This document shows positions 12,813 to 26,300 of a stretch of 64,000 bases of DNA, one piece after another. The notes beneath the pieces were generated by a model, which saw nothing but the letters and a program-made list of their open reading frames with translations, ran no database searches and was not told where the DNA came from. Each line of letters starts with the position of its first letter. Positions within the stretch are counted from its first letter, which is position 1. Source of the DNA: Octopus sinensis (lineage: Eukaryota); assembly GCF_006345805.1 (NCBI RefSeq), contig NC_043000.1:153450001-153514000 (forward strand), in the 5' to 3' direction. The position numbers were made by a program, and so were the translations under genes.

Positions 12813-14846
12813 GAGTATTTGCATAACAAATACATATTGGGGGAATATTCATACAATTATAAGTTTTATGTTGACTAGATTTAGAAAATTCCAGTATTTA
12901 ATGCAAGGTTCAGTTTTTTCCTGCGTCTATACATACTCGTCTCCTCGTCTATTATAAATCCTGTTAAATCCAGCCAAATTTTAGCACCGTAGTTACCCTC
13001 ACATGGTGCATGTATCACTACTTGTAGCAGTATTGTACGCTGACTTTCTTCTGGATTGTAATAATAGCCCATTTTTTTAATTCTAGTTATCTATGTGCAG
13101 AACTTAACAATCTCCACTGCCACCACCATCCTCTGCCCAACCTTCATCATATGTGTTGATATCCGTTATTTTTGTTTTATTGTTTGTAAGTACCACAATT
13201 AAGCTAACTATGGGAAATAGATGATTTTCTGCGAGTTTTACTTGAAGCACATTGGCAACCCAGAGAAACACGGAAGATTTGTTCAGCTTTCGCTCAACGC
13301 AATATTTGTTAGAGAGATATCGTGATAAAATCAAATTGATCATATAGTCAGCGGCTGAGCGATCGGATGATTAATAATCCATGAAATCTGTTCAGTTCAG
13401 TTATTTCATGTCGAGATTCGTGTTTTCTTACCCAGATCTCATAAACGATTTATTTTTTTCTGAACGTATATAAGTGATTAATTCTGTCTTCATCCACTCA
13501 TTGCATCATGTATGGTGTAATGAAAATTAAGGTACATTCACATTCTATGCAACATTATATTCTGTAAATAACATAAATTAAGGATGTCTAATTCTAAGAG
13601 ACTATTGATCGTCCATTTTTTTTATCATGCCTTTTCCATTACCTTTAGAATTTGATTTTTAAATGCGAAACTGCCTCTCTAATGCCAGAAAATACTTCAA
13701 TTCTAAACTGTTTTTTGTTTTTACAAAACTCAAGTAAAATTAAATTTAACACCCGCTCACGTAACTTGGAGTCTCTTCTACAAGCAGACACGATCGTGAC
13801 CCAAATGATTGGCAAAAATTCACTAAAATGTTTCTCCTTCGTCTACTGCCACTACCTATCAGTCCCATTCGGGCACATACGGCACAATTGTCTCTCCCCG
13901 TATATTTAATCTGATTTTCTACTAAGTACTTTATCACATTTTCTGGAATCTCACACTCGGCTTAGTACAGTTCTTCTACAATACTGCATTGTACCGAAAC
14001 GAACTCCTCAAACGGGGAAGGAGCTGCAAAAAAACATGGATATCGGTCTTCTCTTTCTAATGAATATGCATGTGTGTGTTCGTATCTCTATGTAGCATTT
14101 TCACTTGCTGTTTCCCCCTTGTTCATCTCTCTTCTTTTCGACCGTTGCTCTCCATATTTATTTCTTTTCCACCCACCTCTGTCTCACTAATTCCGGTTTA
14201 TACACCCTTCAAACCCAGTTGACATTTTTCACCGTCAAAAGGTCCTGCTCAAAAATTTGGGATTCACTTCTTCCACATGATATAAAACTTCCAACGTTTG
14301 AATTATTAACAGAAAAAAAATATCGAAGGCAGACTTATGTTATATACACAAATTGGATGTTTTCCTGTTTTCTGGTATCATGTATAAACAGCTTGTCCAA
14401 TTGAAGATATATTAGGGTTAATTGCCCTCAACGTCGTGTATGAGGCTTGCGTGTTTACGAGATAATGATTTAATGAGGTCGCAACGTATTCTCGTGTTAC
14501 ACAGTTCTATTCCCTTGCTGGAGTTTTATTCAATAGTCTGACACACTTGCTGCAACTGGTATTAGGTACTACCCCGTCAATAAAACAGAATCAAATAACT
14601 TTTACTTTCTCATATGGTTGATCAATGACATTCACAGGCAACATAAATATGTCGTAAAGTAGAATCATGCGTACTCTTTTCATTTTCTCTCTATCTCTCA
14701 TCGTTTCACTTTCCCGTATTTCTTTCCTTTCTTCTTTCTTACCCCCCTCTCTCTCTCTCTATTTATTTATCATCTATCTCGCTCTCCCAAAGTGTTTAGA
14801 CATTTCTATACACCCTTTTATTTTACATCTATCCTGTGGACCAGTT

Positions 14847-15252
14847 ACTCTTTTACTCTCTTTTACTTGTTTCAGTCATTTGACTGCGGCCATGCTGGAG
14901 CACCGCCTTAAATCGAGCAACTCGACCCCGGGACTTATTCTTTTGTAAGCCCAGTACTTATTCTATCGGTCTCTTTTGCCGAACCGCTAAGAAACGGGGA
15001 CATAAACACACCAGCATCGGTTGTCAAGCAATGCTAGGGAGACAATCACAGACACACAAACACACACACGCACACATATATATATACATATATACGACGG
15101 GCTTCTTTCAGTTTCCGTCTACCAAATCCACTCACAAGGCTTTGGTCGGCCCGAGGCTATAGCAGAAGACACTTGCCCAAGGTGCCACGCAGCGGGACTG
15201 AACCCGGAACCATGTGGTTGGTAAACAAGCTACTTACCACACAGCCACTCCT
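14847..15252 (-). mobile_element. SINE family A
   Basis: Near full-length copy. Confidence 0.9.
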
Positions 15253-16538
15253 ACTAATTATTTATGATATATTAGTGTTTCCGTTATTTCTGCTGAGCGA
15301 CTTTATCATGTGATATTTTACTCCCAGTTCACTCGAAAGTAAACTGTAACATAAAATTGATTCCATATTCTCTGATTCATAATCGAATTCATATAGAATT
15401 TATGAAAGAAAATGTATCTATTTACAGTTATCTAGGGAACACACAGAAGCTACAATAGCAGTTAAAAACACGATATTTTAGTTGCCAGACGTGTTTCTTC
15501 TGCACGTTAAGGTTTGACGCTATAAAGAGAGGTTTAAAGTATTTTAATGGACAATGTTTAATAAACCGAGTAGATCTGCCATCTTGCCGCCTTAAGTAAT
15601 TTGAATATTAAAAAATACACAGGATTTTCGTCGTCAAATTTGTGTATTCATATGTTTTAAGTATTCCTTTTTCTTTGGATATTACATTGAACTTTTTTTT
15701 TGAATAAGGGGGTTAGAAAACATGATAACGTGTAAGGGAACAGTCGAAAAGCCCTACAAGGCAGCAAAGGCATTCCGTGTCTTTTTATATTTTTCTTAGA
15801 ACAATTATTTCTGAATCAAAAACTTAATAGATCTGCTTGGCTCTGTCGATGGAGAAGCAATTAATAACTATATAAAAGACAAATAAAAAAGAAAAGAAAA
15901 GCAATTAGAAACACAAGCAGCAAACTCCCATAAGATTTTTAACCACAATTCCGTTGTTTAAAAACAAGATGTTGTCTGCAAGAGACATTTGATATTGTTG
16001 CGAAGAGGTGTACTTTGTGAATATGACGAAGCCCTTTCAACGAGTAAAGTGTCGATGAATATAGCTCTATAGCTTTTCGTTTTTTTTTTGTTTTTGTTTT
16101 TGTTTTTGTCTTTTTTTTTTTGTTTCTTTCTAATCTAAGAACACGCTTAAACAGAATTGAGTGTATGAAAGATGTGTTAAAGGAAAGGATCATAGAATTG
16201 TTGAGAAGAGTGGGGAATGAAAACATTAATGCTACCCAGAAATAAAGAGATTGAAAGAGATAGGATCCTAAGTATCAGAGATAAGTGGCGGGGTTATATA
16301 TAATAATATAGTCGATTGAATACTAAGTAGTTAAGAGATTTTGTGAAGAGACAAACTAAAAAGAAAAGAAGCGTGTATGTAATACTTGGCTTCGTCTCCT
16401 TAACAACGGCATTTAACAACAGAACGGCAAAATGCAAACCAAACTTGGTGCATTTTACAAATGGGGCTCTTGCTATACAACACACCATAAAAATGAATTC
16501 GAATATCAGAATGAAACGCGTTTCACTCCTTTTTGTTT

Positions 16539-16603
16539 CTCTTTTACTCTTTTACTTGTTTCAGTCATTTGACTGCGGCCATGCTGGGGCACCGCCTTTA
16601 GTC
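16539..16603 (-). mobile_element. SINE family A, 3'-end fragment
   Basis: Shares the GCTGGGGCACC variant with the adjacent copy at 16706. Confidence 0.8.
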
Positions 16604-16705
16604 TATATATATATATAGTGGCTAATACCATAGCGGATCTATTTTTAGCGCAAGAGTCGACCATATGGTGGTCACCCTCTTATATTTGTGTATATATATA
16701 TATAT

Positions 16706-17462
16706 ACTCTTTTACTCTTTTACTTGTTTCAGTCATTTGACTGCGGCCATGCTGGGGCACCGCCTTTAGTCGAGCAACCCGACCACGGGACTTATTCTTT
16801 TTGTAAGCCCAGTACTTATTCTATCGGTCTCTTTTTGCCGAACCGCTAAGTGACAGAGACATAAACACACCAGCATCGGTGGTCAAGCAATGCTAGGGGA
16901 ACAAACACAGACATACAAACACACACACACACATACATATATATATATACATACTAGCAGTATCGCCCGCGTTGCTCAGGTTGTAAGGGATAACTATAAA
17001 GCATTTTTAGAGAGTTATAGCCAAAAAATAGCAAATGATGGTAAATTTTTTTGAGTTAAAAAGGTGAGTTGCGTCCCCTAGACAGTCTGTGGTTGTTTCT
17101 GATTCTCGACCCCATGTCGATTTTATCGATATTTTTCAGAACACGAACTTTTAAATTTTCGCTGCGTTAGTTGAATTAGACATTGGCTATGTGTGTGTCA
17201 AAGTTCATCAGAATCGGTGAAAGCCGTGGTCAGGGTGAGGGTACAAGCAAACAGCACACAAAACACGCACAGACAAACTGCCGTTTATATATATAGAGAG
17301 ATATACGACAGGCTTCTTTCAGTTTCCGTCTACCAAATCCACTCACAAGGCATTGGTCGGTCCGGGGCTATAGCAGAAGACACTTGCCAAGATGCCACGC
17401 AGTGGGACTGGACCCGGAACCATGTGGTTGGTAAACAAGCTACTTACCACACAGCCACTCCT
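16706..17462 (-). mobile_element. SINE family A interrupted by a Helitron-like insertion
   Basis: 3' half at 16706-16950 and 5' half at 17301-17462, split at the internal CA/TA microsatellite. Confidence 0.85.
16952..17300 (+). mobile_element. Non-autonomous Helitron/Helentron-like element
   Basis: Begins TACTAGCAGTATCGCCCGCGTTGCTC and ends CAAACTGCCGTTTATATATATAGAG; no long TSD; the first 100 bp or so are shared with 27656-27956. Confidence 0.6.
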
Positions 17463-17676
17463 TTTCTTTTTCCATGTTTTAGTTACGCAAACATACGCAC
17501 ACACACAAGTACTCGCGCACACATACGCTCACCTACTCACATGCAAACACACACACACACACACACATATAAACATATATATGTGCGTGTGTGTCTGTGT
17601 GTCTGAGTGTCTGTGCGTATGTATCTGTGTGTACATATATGTATGTATATACATGCATATATTTTTGTATGTATAA

Positions 17677-17840
17677 GCGCAGGAGTGGCTGTGTGGTAAG
17701 TAGCTTGCTAACCAACCACATGGTTCCGGGTTCAGTCCCACTGCGTGGCATCTTGGGCAAGTGCCTTCTGCTATAGCCCCGGGCCGACCAATGCCTTGTG
17801 AGTGGATTTGGTAGACGGAAACTGAAAGAAGCCTGTCGTA

Positions 17841-17878
<38 letters not shown>

Positions 17879-18091
17879 TGTGTGTGTTTGTGTGTCTGTG
17901 TTTGTCCCCCTAGCATTGCTTGACAACCGATACTGGTGTGTTTACGTCCCCGTTTCTTAGCGGTTCGGCAAAAAGAGACCGATAGAATAAGTACTGGGCT
18001 TACGAAAGAATAAGTCCCGGGGTCGATTTGCTCGACTAAAGGCGGTACTCCAGCATGGCCGCAGTCAATGACTGAAAACAAGTAAAAGAGT
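17677..18091 (+). mobile_element. SINE family A
   Basis: Full-length copy, GCGCAGGAGTGGCTGTGTGG...AAGTAAAAGAG. Confidence 0.9.
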
Positions 18092-19469
18092 ATAACGTAT
18101 TTTACGATTATGAGTTAATTCATTCAACCAAGCAATAGATGTAATTTTCTGTTTTTGTTTACTTCTTTTTATTGTCCTTTCACGTTGCGTTTTCTCAAAG
18201 AATACCGATTGTTCTACTTCAGATGGGTCGTTGGAAGTTCACTTTTTTCTATGATCACATGAAATATTGATTCGTAGTCAAAAGAGAGGCTAGAAAGGTT
18301 ATAGTGTAGATTCTTTTCCAAACAGTGTTAGCAAAATGAATTTCTATTAAATGTAACAGCGCTCGCCACCTAACAACCTATAAACATTAGTAATAATATT
18401 CGATGTACTTTGTTTACTAATTTTTTAGAAGTAACTTTTTGACCTATTGAGCGCAATATAATTTTTCCTGCTGACGACTGTAGTATTATATTGTTTGGGG
18501 TGGGGGTTAAATTCCAGCATCTATTTTTCATTTATTTATTATTATTATTTTTTTTCTTTATGTTATTATGACGTTTTCACTGTGTCGGCAAAATTTCGAG
18601 TAAAATTTCATAGAAAAATTCCAAAGAGTGCGGTTTCGAGTCAAAACAAACAAAAAATTCCATTATTTAATGTGGATTTCAAAAATAAGAAAAGAACGTT
18701 TACAGTGATGCGTTCGGACTCATAAGGATCTGTAGAAATTTGACATTTTTCATTTGTTTCCTGAGAAGTAAACAATATGTGCGGCCGTGAGATCCGCCCC
18801 GTAGTAATGTTAAGTATGTTAGCAATGTCAGGAGATTGAGGGTTAAAAGATATATAACCTTACATACGCACAAACACATACAAATACACGAACGTATACG
18901 TGAGCAGAAAATCATGGGCTTTCGCACATGAAACACACACATACACATATCCATATGTTTACATACTGAAACTCATAAACACCTACAGAACGGAGATGGA
19001 TAGAGAATCTTAAGAACTAATCTTGACTAGTGGTGGTCTTTATAAACAATAGTTAATTTAACAAGAAGAGAATGCATGGAGTAATATAGAGTTTTCCAAA
19101 GAGAAAACGATCTGGTGTTAAAGCATAAGCTCTCATTCGTCAATGAATATATATTCCTACAAAGATTATCCCATTCTTCTCATGGCACACCAAGTTACTT
19201 TACTTCATGTACTAAGCATGGTTTTATATTCAGAAGCTCATTGAAACGATACTACATACTTTGACATATTGCTGGATAATTACATTGACACACAAAACTG
19301 AACAAATATGAAAATATTTTAGTTTTGCAAAGCACTCGGTTCCGTAACAAAAATTGAAACAAAAATATTACTGGTACTTTTTTTTATTGAACTCGAGGTG
19401 ATGAGAAGGTACGTTATTATCGAGGGGACTTGGGAAAACAAGTATGAAAATATTTGCAATATTCACAAT

Positions 19470-20709
19470 TACGGGGTCGGCTGATAGGCTGACCAAGATA
19501 TTCTCATGGAATGTCATCGAATGAGGTTTATATTTCAACATAGTCCTCCTGGTGGTCCACACACTTCTTTTATCGGTGTTGCAGTGCTTGGATCTCATTG
19601 GTGAAATTCATCAACAGCAGACACTATGTCATCACCACTGCGACACTGGTTTCCAGCCAAGTGTTTTTTCATGTTGGGGAACAGATGATAGTTACATGAG
19701 GCCAAATCAAGAAAATAGGGAATCCGATCAACCAGTTCAAATCTATAGTCACGCATTACAGCCATTGAAAGTAAGGACTTGTGTAGTAGAGTATTGTCCC
19801 GATAAAACAAGACATCTGTTTCATCAAGATATCTAAGTTTTTCTGAGCGCTTGCTCTTGACAGTCTTTTGTAGCTACCTTAGCAGGTTGTCTTAGTACTC
19901 TCCATTGATGGGGTGAACCTTTTGAAGATAGTCAATAAACACAATGTTTTTTGTATCCCCAAACTTTGAGGCCGTCACAATCCCTGCAGATGAAACGACA
20001 TTGGCGTACTTTGGACCAGGTGAGAAGGGGTGTTTCCACTGCATGGACTGTCACTTTGTCTCTGACACAAAGTAATGAACCCAACACTCTTTCCGACTTA
20101 GAATATTTCAAGGAAAGCAACTGGGACTATCTCAATTAATGTCAGATTTTCCCGTGATCAATTTGGTGCGCTTTTGATCAGGTGTTAGAAGGTGTGTTCA
20201 CTACCGAGCAGAAACATTCGTTATAAAAAATTCAATGTGCAGAATATTTCCAACACTCTCACGATTATGAGAGCATTGGCTATTTGATTTCTAGTTAATC
20301 GCCTGTCATTCATCAAGTTGTGAAAACGATTAATGTTTTCCCCGGTGGTGGCAGGTGCAGAACGTTCAGACCTTGGGTCATCTAGGATTCTCCCTTCTCG
20401 CCTAAATTCAGCTTCCCACTTATGCATTGTTGATAAAGCTGGAGCATCAGCCCCTAATGTAGCAACCATGTCACCATGAATGTCGTTTTCTGCTGGTACT
20501 TGATAACATATCGATGCCAAATTTTGTCCATTTTCAGAAGGAGTCACTACTAGTTATTTTGAAGTCCTCTTTGAACAGTCAGATGTCAGTTACCGGGAAA
20601 GAAACAATGCAGTTATTAATAAGAAGTGTTGAAATTAAAGCATGCAAAATTTCAGTTCTAGTGTCACTCCTTCATAGTCAGCCCCTGAACCTTTCAGCTC
20701 ACCCTCATA
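19470..20709 (-). mobile_element. Degenerate, near full-length mariner DNA transposon (about 1.24 kb)
   Basis: Minus-strand remnants: HTH region (ADAPALSTMHKWEAEFRRE...DDPRSER), ECWVHYFVSETK*QSMQWKHP, and PYFLDLASCNYHLFPNMKKHLAG (YSPDLAP-like). Decayed TIRs TACGGGGTCGGCTGA / rc TATGAGGGTGAGCTGA, with TA ends. Confidence 0.85.
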
Positions 20710-20799
20710 ATTTACTGTAGGGGGACAAGCATACGAATGCAAAACACGTTCATGCATATACACACAAACTGAAATATTTAGAGTAGAAAAGACAGATCA

Positions 20800-21040
20800 G
20801 CAAAAATAATATCCTGACACTCTGTCCAATTCAAGATCACAACATATAGGTACACTGCGACATAATTTATTTTCCTCAACAGGCCATGCCCTGTTTAACA
20901 TTGTCCTAACCCTGATTAAAGAGGAAAAGGATCCCATCACCTTAAATGGACAGATTTCATCAAGGAATACCAGACAAGCCACCCATACCTGGATACAACT
21001 CATTCAACAAGAACTCACTACTTGAATGGAGCATAAACAA
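20800..21040 (+). mobile_element. CR1-like LINE ORF2 C-terminal fragment (frameshifted)
   Basis: Translates as TLRHNLFSSTGHALFN.../MDRFHQGIPDKPPIPGYNSFNKNSLLEW, which resembles invertebrate CR1-group ORF2 ends (recalled, not searched). Confidence 0.55.
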
Positions 21041-21155
21041 AACTTGACTTAAAAAGGATTTAGATAATCCTATCAGGTGGTGCTAAGTTAGACATGGCCT
21101 AGACCAATCTTTGGTCGAAATATATCTAAGTTTTTATACATGCTAACAATTTGTG

Positions 21156-21210
<55 letters not shown>

Positions 21211-21344
21211 CATACAAGTTCAAAGGAAGCTATATCCAGCCACTCAGGGTAAAAAACTCAAAGATGATTCTGAGAGCGAATAAAATATGTAACCCGTAAT
21301 CATTAGCCCGACAAAATATATTCGGGAATTCCCGAAGAGGCATA

Positions 21345-21382
<38 letters not shown>

Positions 21383-21690
21383 GAGAAGGAGAGAGAGAGG
21401 AGAAAGAAATTATTTATATAATCCACGTATAGAAACTAACTGGAAAGTCTTCAAACAATCCAGATACTACACTTTACTAAAACTATTTACCGAAGATTGC
21501 TATTACCATTATAAGCCAGAAACGCAAAACATACGAGTTCTGCAACTTATTTTTCAGAAAATGTTTTAGCTCCTTTATTTGTGAGTTGCTCCTATATATA
21601 TCCTGCAGTCTAACTGAATCCAAAGGCAAGCTTTTCCTTGTTATTCGTATATGCCTCTCACAGTTGACAGACATTCGTCTTCGTCGCTGG

Positions 21691-22215
21691 TCTTCTTCTT
21701 CTTCTTCTTCTTCTTCTTCTTCTTCTTCTTCTTCTTCTTCTTCTTCTTCTACTTCTTCTTTTTCTCCTCCTCTCCTTCTTCTTCTTCTCCTCCTCCTCCT
21801 CCTCATCTTTCTTGTTCTTGTTCTTGTCCTTGTTGTTGTTGTTGTTGTTGTTCTTCTTCTTCTTCTTCTTCTCCTCTTCCTCCTTCTTCTTCTTCTCCCT
21901 CCTCCTCTTCTTTTTCTTTTCTTCGTTCTCTCTTTCTTCCTCCCTCATCCTCCCGCTCTCCTCCTTCTTCTTCTTTCTTCTACTCCTCCTTTTCTTCTTT
22001 ACTTCTTCTCCTTCTCCTCCTCCCCTCATCCTCCTCTTCTTCTTTTCTTCTTCTTATTTTCTCTTCTCTCTTCTGTCTTCTTCTTCTTCTTCTCTCTTCT
22101 TTCTTCTTCTCTTCTTCATATGGTGCTGGTGCTGCTGCCCTGACTACTACACTACTACTGTACTACTACTACTACTATATCTCCCTACCCCCCCAAATAA
22201 TACTACTATACTACT
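21691..22215. repeat. (TTC)/(TCC)/(TTG) polypyrimidine tract followed by (CTA)n
   Basis: Direct sequence; source of the poly-S/L/F/R ORFs. Confidence 0.95.
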
Positions 22216-22416
22216 ACTATACTTGCTCTTTATAGCAAAATAAACGAATCGTTGTGTTCGTTTCAGTGATGTCGTTACCGTTACTCTGTCAATGGTGTTC
22301 TTCCGTCGCCTCTTGTCGATATGCATGACATAACGAAGTATTGTAATTATACTGACAATGGATACAATTAATATGTCGTAGGTCTCTGCATCTACGATAA
22401 TGCATGGGAGGAAAAG

Positions 22417-22447
<31 letters not shown>

Positions 22448-22985
22448 GAAGATGAATAAAGGGCACGAGATATGAAATAAATGGCAAACAGAAAGAATAG
22501 AAGACACGAAGTTGAGCGAAGGTGGAGGATGGCGGCGTAGATGAAAGATTGCAGCGCATTATCTTTTAGGAACCTTAAGCAATAGCAGGAGGCAGCAACC
22601 GCAGCAAAAAGAAGTAGCAGAAAAAGGAGCAGTGGCAGCAGGAATGGTAACAACAGCAGCATGAGTTGCTGCAACTGGGTGGCGTCTTTGGTTCCGGATG
22701 GGTGGTCCTATTGGAAGGGGCATGTTTTATAAATAAGTATTCAGGCTGTTCGAGGAAGAGTTGCGATGATAGTGATGAAGAATATGACAAGCCGGGTGGT
22801 CTGAAGTCCTTCTCACCAGATGGCGCTGCACGTAAAAATCTCTACCCAAACGCCATTATTACGCCACCCGTCAACCCTCTCTGCCGTCTTCATCAAGTGA
22901 TATTATGCTTTTAGTTAATGTGTTGATATAGTTGTTACTAGTTTCCCTAGCGTCACCCATACTTCTTTCTTCTTTTCCCATACGC

Positions 22986-22987
<2 letters not shown>

Positions 22988-23027
<40 letters not shown>

Positions 23028-23099
23028 GCGCATATATATGTGTGTGTATATATATATATGTACGCGTACCCTCACTCCACTACAATATATATATACAAT

Positions 23100-23150
<51 letters not shown>

Positions 23151-23162
23151 TATATATATATA

Positions 23163-23257
<95 letters not shown>

Positions 23258-23295
23258 CTCACTATATACATATATATATGTATACAATAATATAT

Positions 23296-23365
<70 letters not shown>
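22988..23365. repeat. (TA)n-rich array
   Basis: Direct sequence. Confidence 0.95.
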
Positions 23366-23368
<3 letters not shown>

Positions 23369-26300
23369 ATTCACATATATATGATATATAGAAATAGAAA
23401 ACACGCAAAAACACGAACATATATTCTAACTTTTCACATATATCAGAGACTCTAGCATCTAAACACTGCACCCAACCACCAGCATCCAAACTTAACCACC
23501 ACCCAGTTTCTAAGTCCCAACAGCCAATACCACATCACCCAGCCCTCCGCTCTCAACATTAAGCACCCGACACCCAACCCCAAACAGACACCAACTTATT
23601 TGCTTATTTATTCGATCCCCGCCCATTTCTCTGCTAACCTGGAATTCACTGATGCTCAAAATAATGGATGCTCTGCAGCTTCACGAGTGATGAAACTGGG
23701 TCGTCGTTGCCCTCTGTCAAAATATTTTGAAGTTTCTGAGGAAATTAGGTCATCGTCACCCCCAATATAAATTATTTGAAGTAAGAAAGGAAAGAAGATC
23801 GGGGTTTGCCCCGTTGAAAATAGCTAAACTAAGGTACCCCTTAAGAATATCTCCATCACTTCTCACTTGCTTATGCAAAGCTCATTATAGTGGCTTCTTA
23901 AATCGACACAAAACTCCAGTCTACTTATGGAGAGTGATAAAGATATTGTTGTGACATTCATGCAGTTTCAAGATATTGATAACGTTTGCGAAATTGCACT
24001 ACCTTAATTAGAAATAAAAATCTAGATACGGATTTAGTATAGTAGGATGTTATAGACCCATTACAACACTTTTCATATCGTTTGTAGATTTCATACATGC
24101 AGAGTGTTCAGTTTTACAAAAGGACAGAACGTAGACATAAGTGTTTCGTTAAGTCTTTTATAGTGGTTCAAAAGTATACTTGTAACAGTGTTACGGGATC
24201 AGTTTGCCAAGACGTGGACTTCACAACTCTTTCAATCGTTTCGTATAACGAGTAAACCCAGAAACAATTTAATGACGAGGTAAAGTAATACTGTTATATA
24301 ACACTTTGCCAAAGTCATCCATGTCGTTGGTAAATCAAATTGCTCCAAGATTTAATTGAAGGTAACTCACTAATACATAAGGTGCTTTTCAAAGTAATTA
24401 CTTCTGACATCATATTGTTTATATTGAGGACAGCTCTGATTGACTAAATATGTTCAAAGGCATTCTTCCCTTGAACATTCTGTCTTTTTTATTAAGATAG
24501 TGAGTCTTGGTTGCTATTTCTAGCAGGTCGGGTGACCATATAAAGTCTGTATCATAGATTCGTGCGTTTCATGTTTATTTGAAGTGAGCAAATGAGAAAA
24601 TATGTCGTATTTTTTTAATGATATTAACAATCTGAATAAAATTAAATGAATCCAGCTAGGAATCAAAAATTCGTGGACAGCTCGACTTAACTGTCCACAC
24701 TGCAGGATTGTTACTAATAATTCAAAGAGGGATGGACACAGGAGAGGAATATTTAAGCCTGTTTGAAAGTTCGATTACTAGTTCATATGCTTTTCTTTAC
24801 TTACATCCTATGTTGCACTTCCTATATCACCTTCCTTGATATATATACTGTTTTGCATCTTTTGACAAAATAGACTATATAACGTAGACTATATACGAAG
24901 CTAAAGATATAAATGCTGAAATTATAAGTCCTCGAGTTTAAATACATACCACAGTCCAAAACAAACGGTAAATCTTAATTATCTATTAATCTGAAAATTA
25001 AGCATTAAGTGAGGTCGATGATCTTGTGAGTGTACTGACCTAGATAACTGACCGTATTCAGAAAGAATCCGCCAAAATCATTGGGACTTTTTGATTTTAA
25101 GAAAATAGGGATTTACTGCATTGATATCTCCCTAAGGGTGTCAGCAACGCACATAAAATTAGATATTTTCGTTTAGGTATCAAAACAATATCATGAAATC
25201 AATTCTCTGTATATCTGTCTGTCTCTTTTATCTCTTCCCTCTCCTCCTCACGTTCTGCTCTCTCTTTATCTATTTTCCTTTCTCTCGCTTTTCTTTTCTC
25301 TCTCTCTCTCACTCATATATATGTATGTGTGTGTGTGTGTGTGTTTGTGTTTGTGTTTGTGCCTATGTGTGTGAGTTTGTGTGTGTTTGTTTGTGCGAGT
25401 GTGTTAGTGCGTATGTGTCTATGTGGTATGTGCGATAAATATGACTTTAAACTGCATCTATTAGTGGGGCTCTGGTTCAGAAGTTGCAGGGTTTTAAGGA
25501 GTGTGAGATCACCTTTTAGTAACTATTGTTTTCAAGTCTACCCTAAACTGGTGTAATGTCGTGTGTCAGGGTCCCAACGATGGATTAACTGACATATGAA
25601 AATAACATTGCATCTGAGCGTGGAGATGCAGAAAAGCCATTGGCAGACGACAGGGTCAAACACAATAGACCTAATATTGCTTTGTGAGACAGAGCACAAA
25701 ACTCATGTAATTTTGTAGCGGTCAGTTGCCCAATGATGTCGAAATTTCTCTTAAGTTGTGGAGAAAGAAAACATCTCTGGCGAACTACTGTTGTACCTAT
25801 AGCTTCTTCATTCAGGTTATACGTTCTATATGTACTTATTTTCATAGGTGATCTGCACTTTATTACCACAAATCCATATAAAACCTTTGAAGTGCTAGGG
25901 TTTTCCAAGAAAGAACAAAGCAATCCAACTTGTATTCTCAAAATCCAATCATTTCAGTGAAGATTTATAGAACATTTTAAAGATTCCTCATTTGTGTTTC
26001 CTGGAATGGATATATTCGTACACTCATATGCATAGGTACTGTACACATATATGTACATACCTAGAGTAATTACTCACAGCCATGTGTACGTAAGACAGAG
26101 AGAGAGAGAGAGAGAGATAGAGAGAAAGGGGGAAGAGGGAGAGAGAGGGGAGAGAGAGAGAGAGAGAGAGAGTCTAATTATTTTTATCTATTTACATTCA
26201 GATATGCGTTCTGTGACTCACATCTTTATTCGTCCTTGGAACTACTTTGGTTCAAATTAAAAAAATCTCGCCAATTTCTAACTTACTGGCTTGAAAATTT

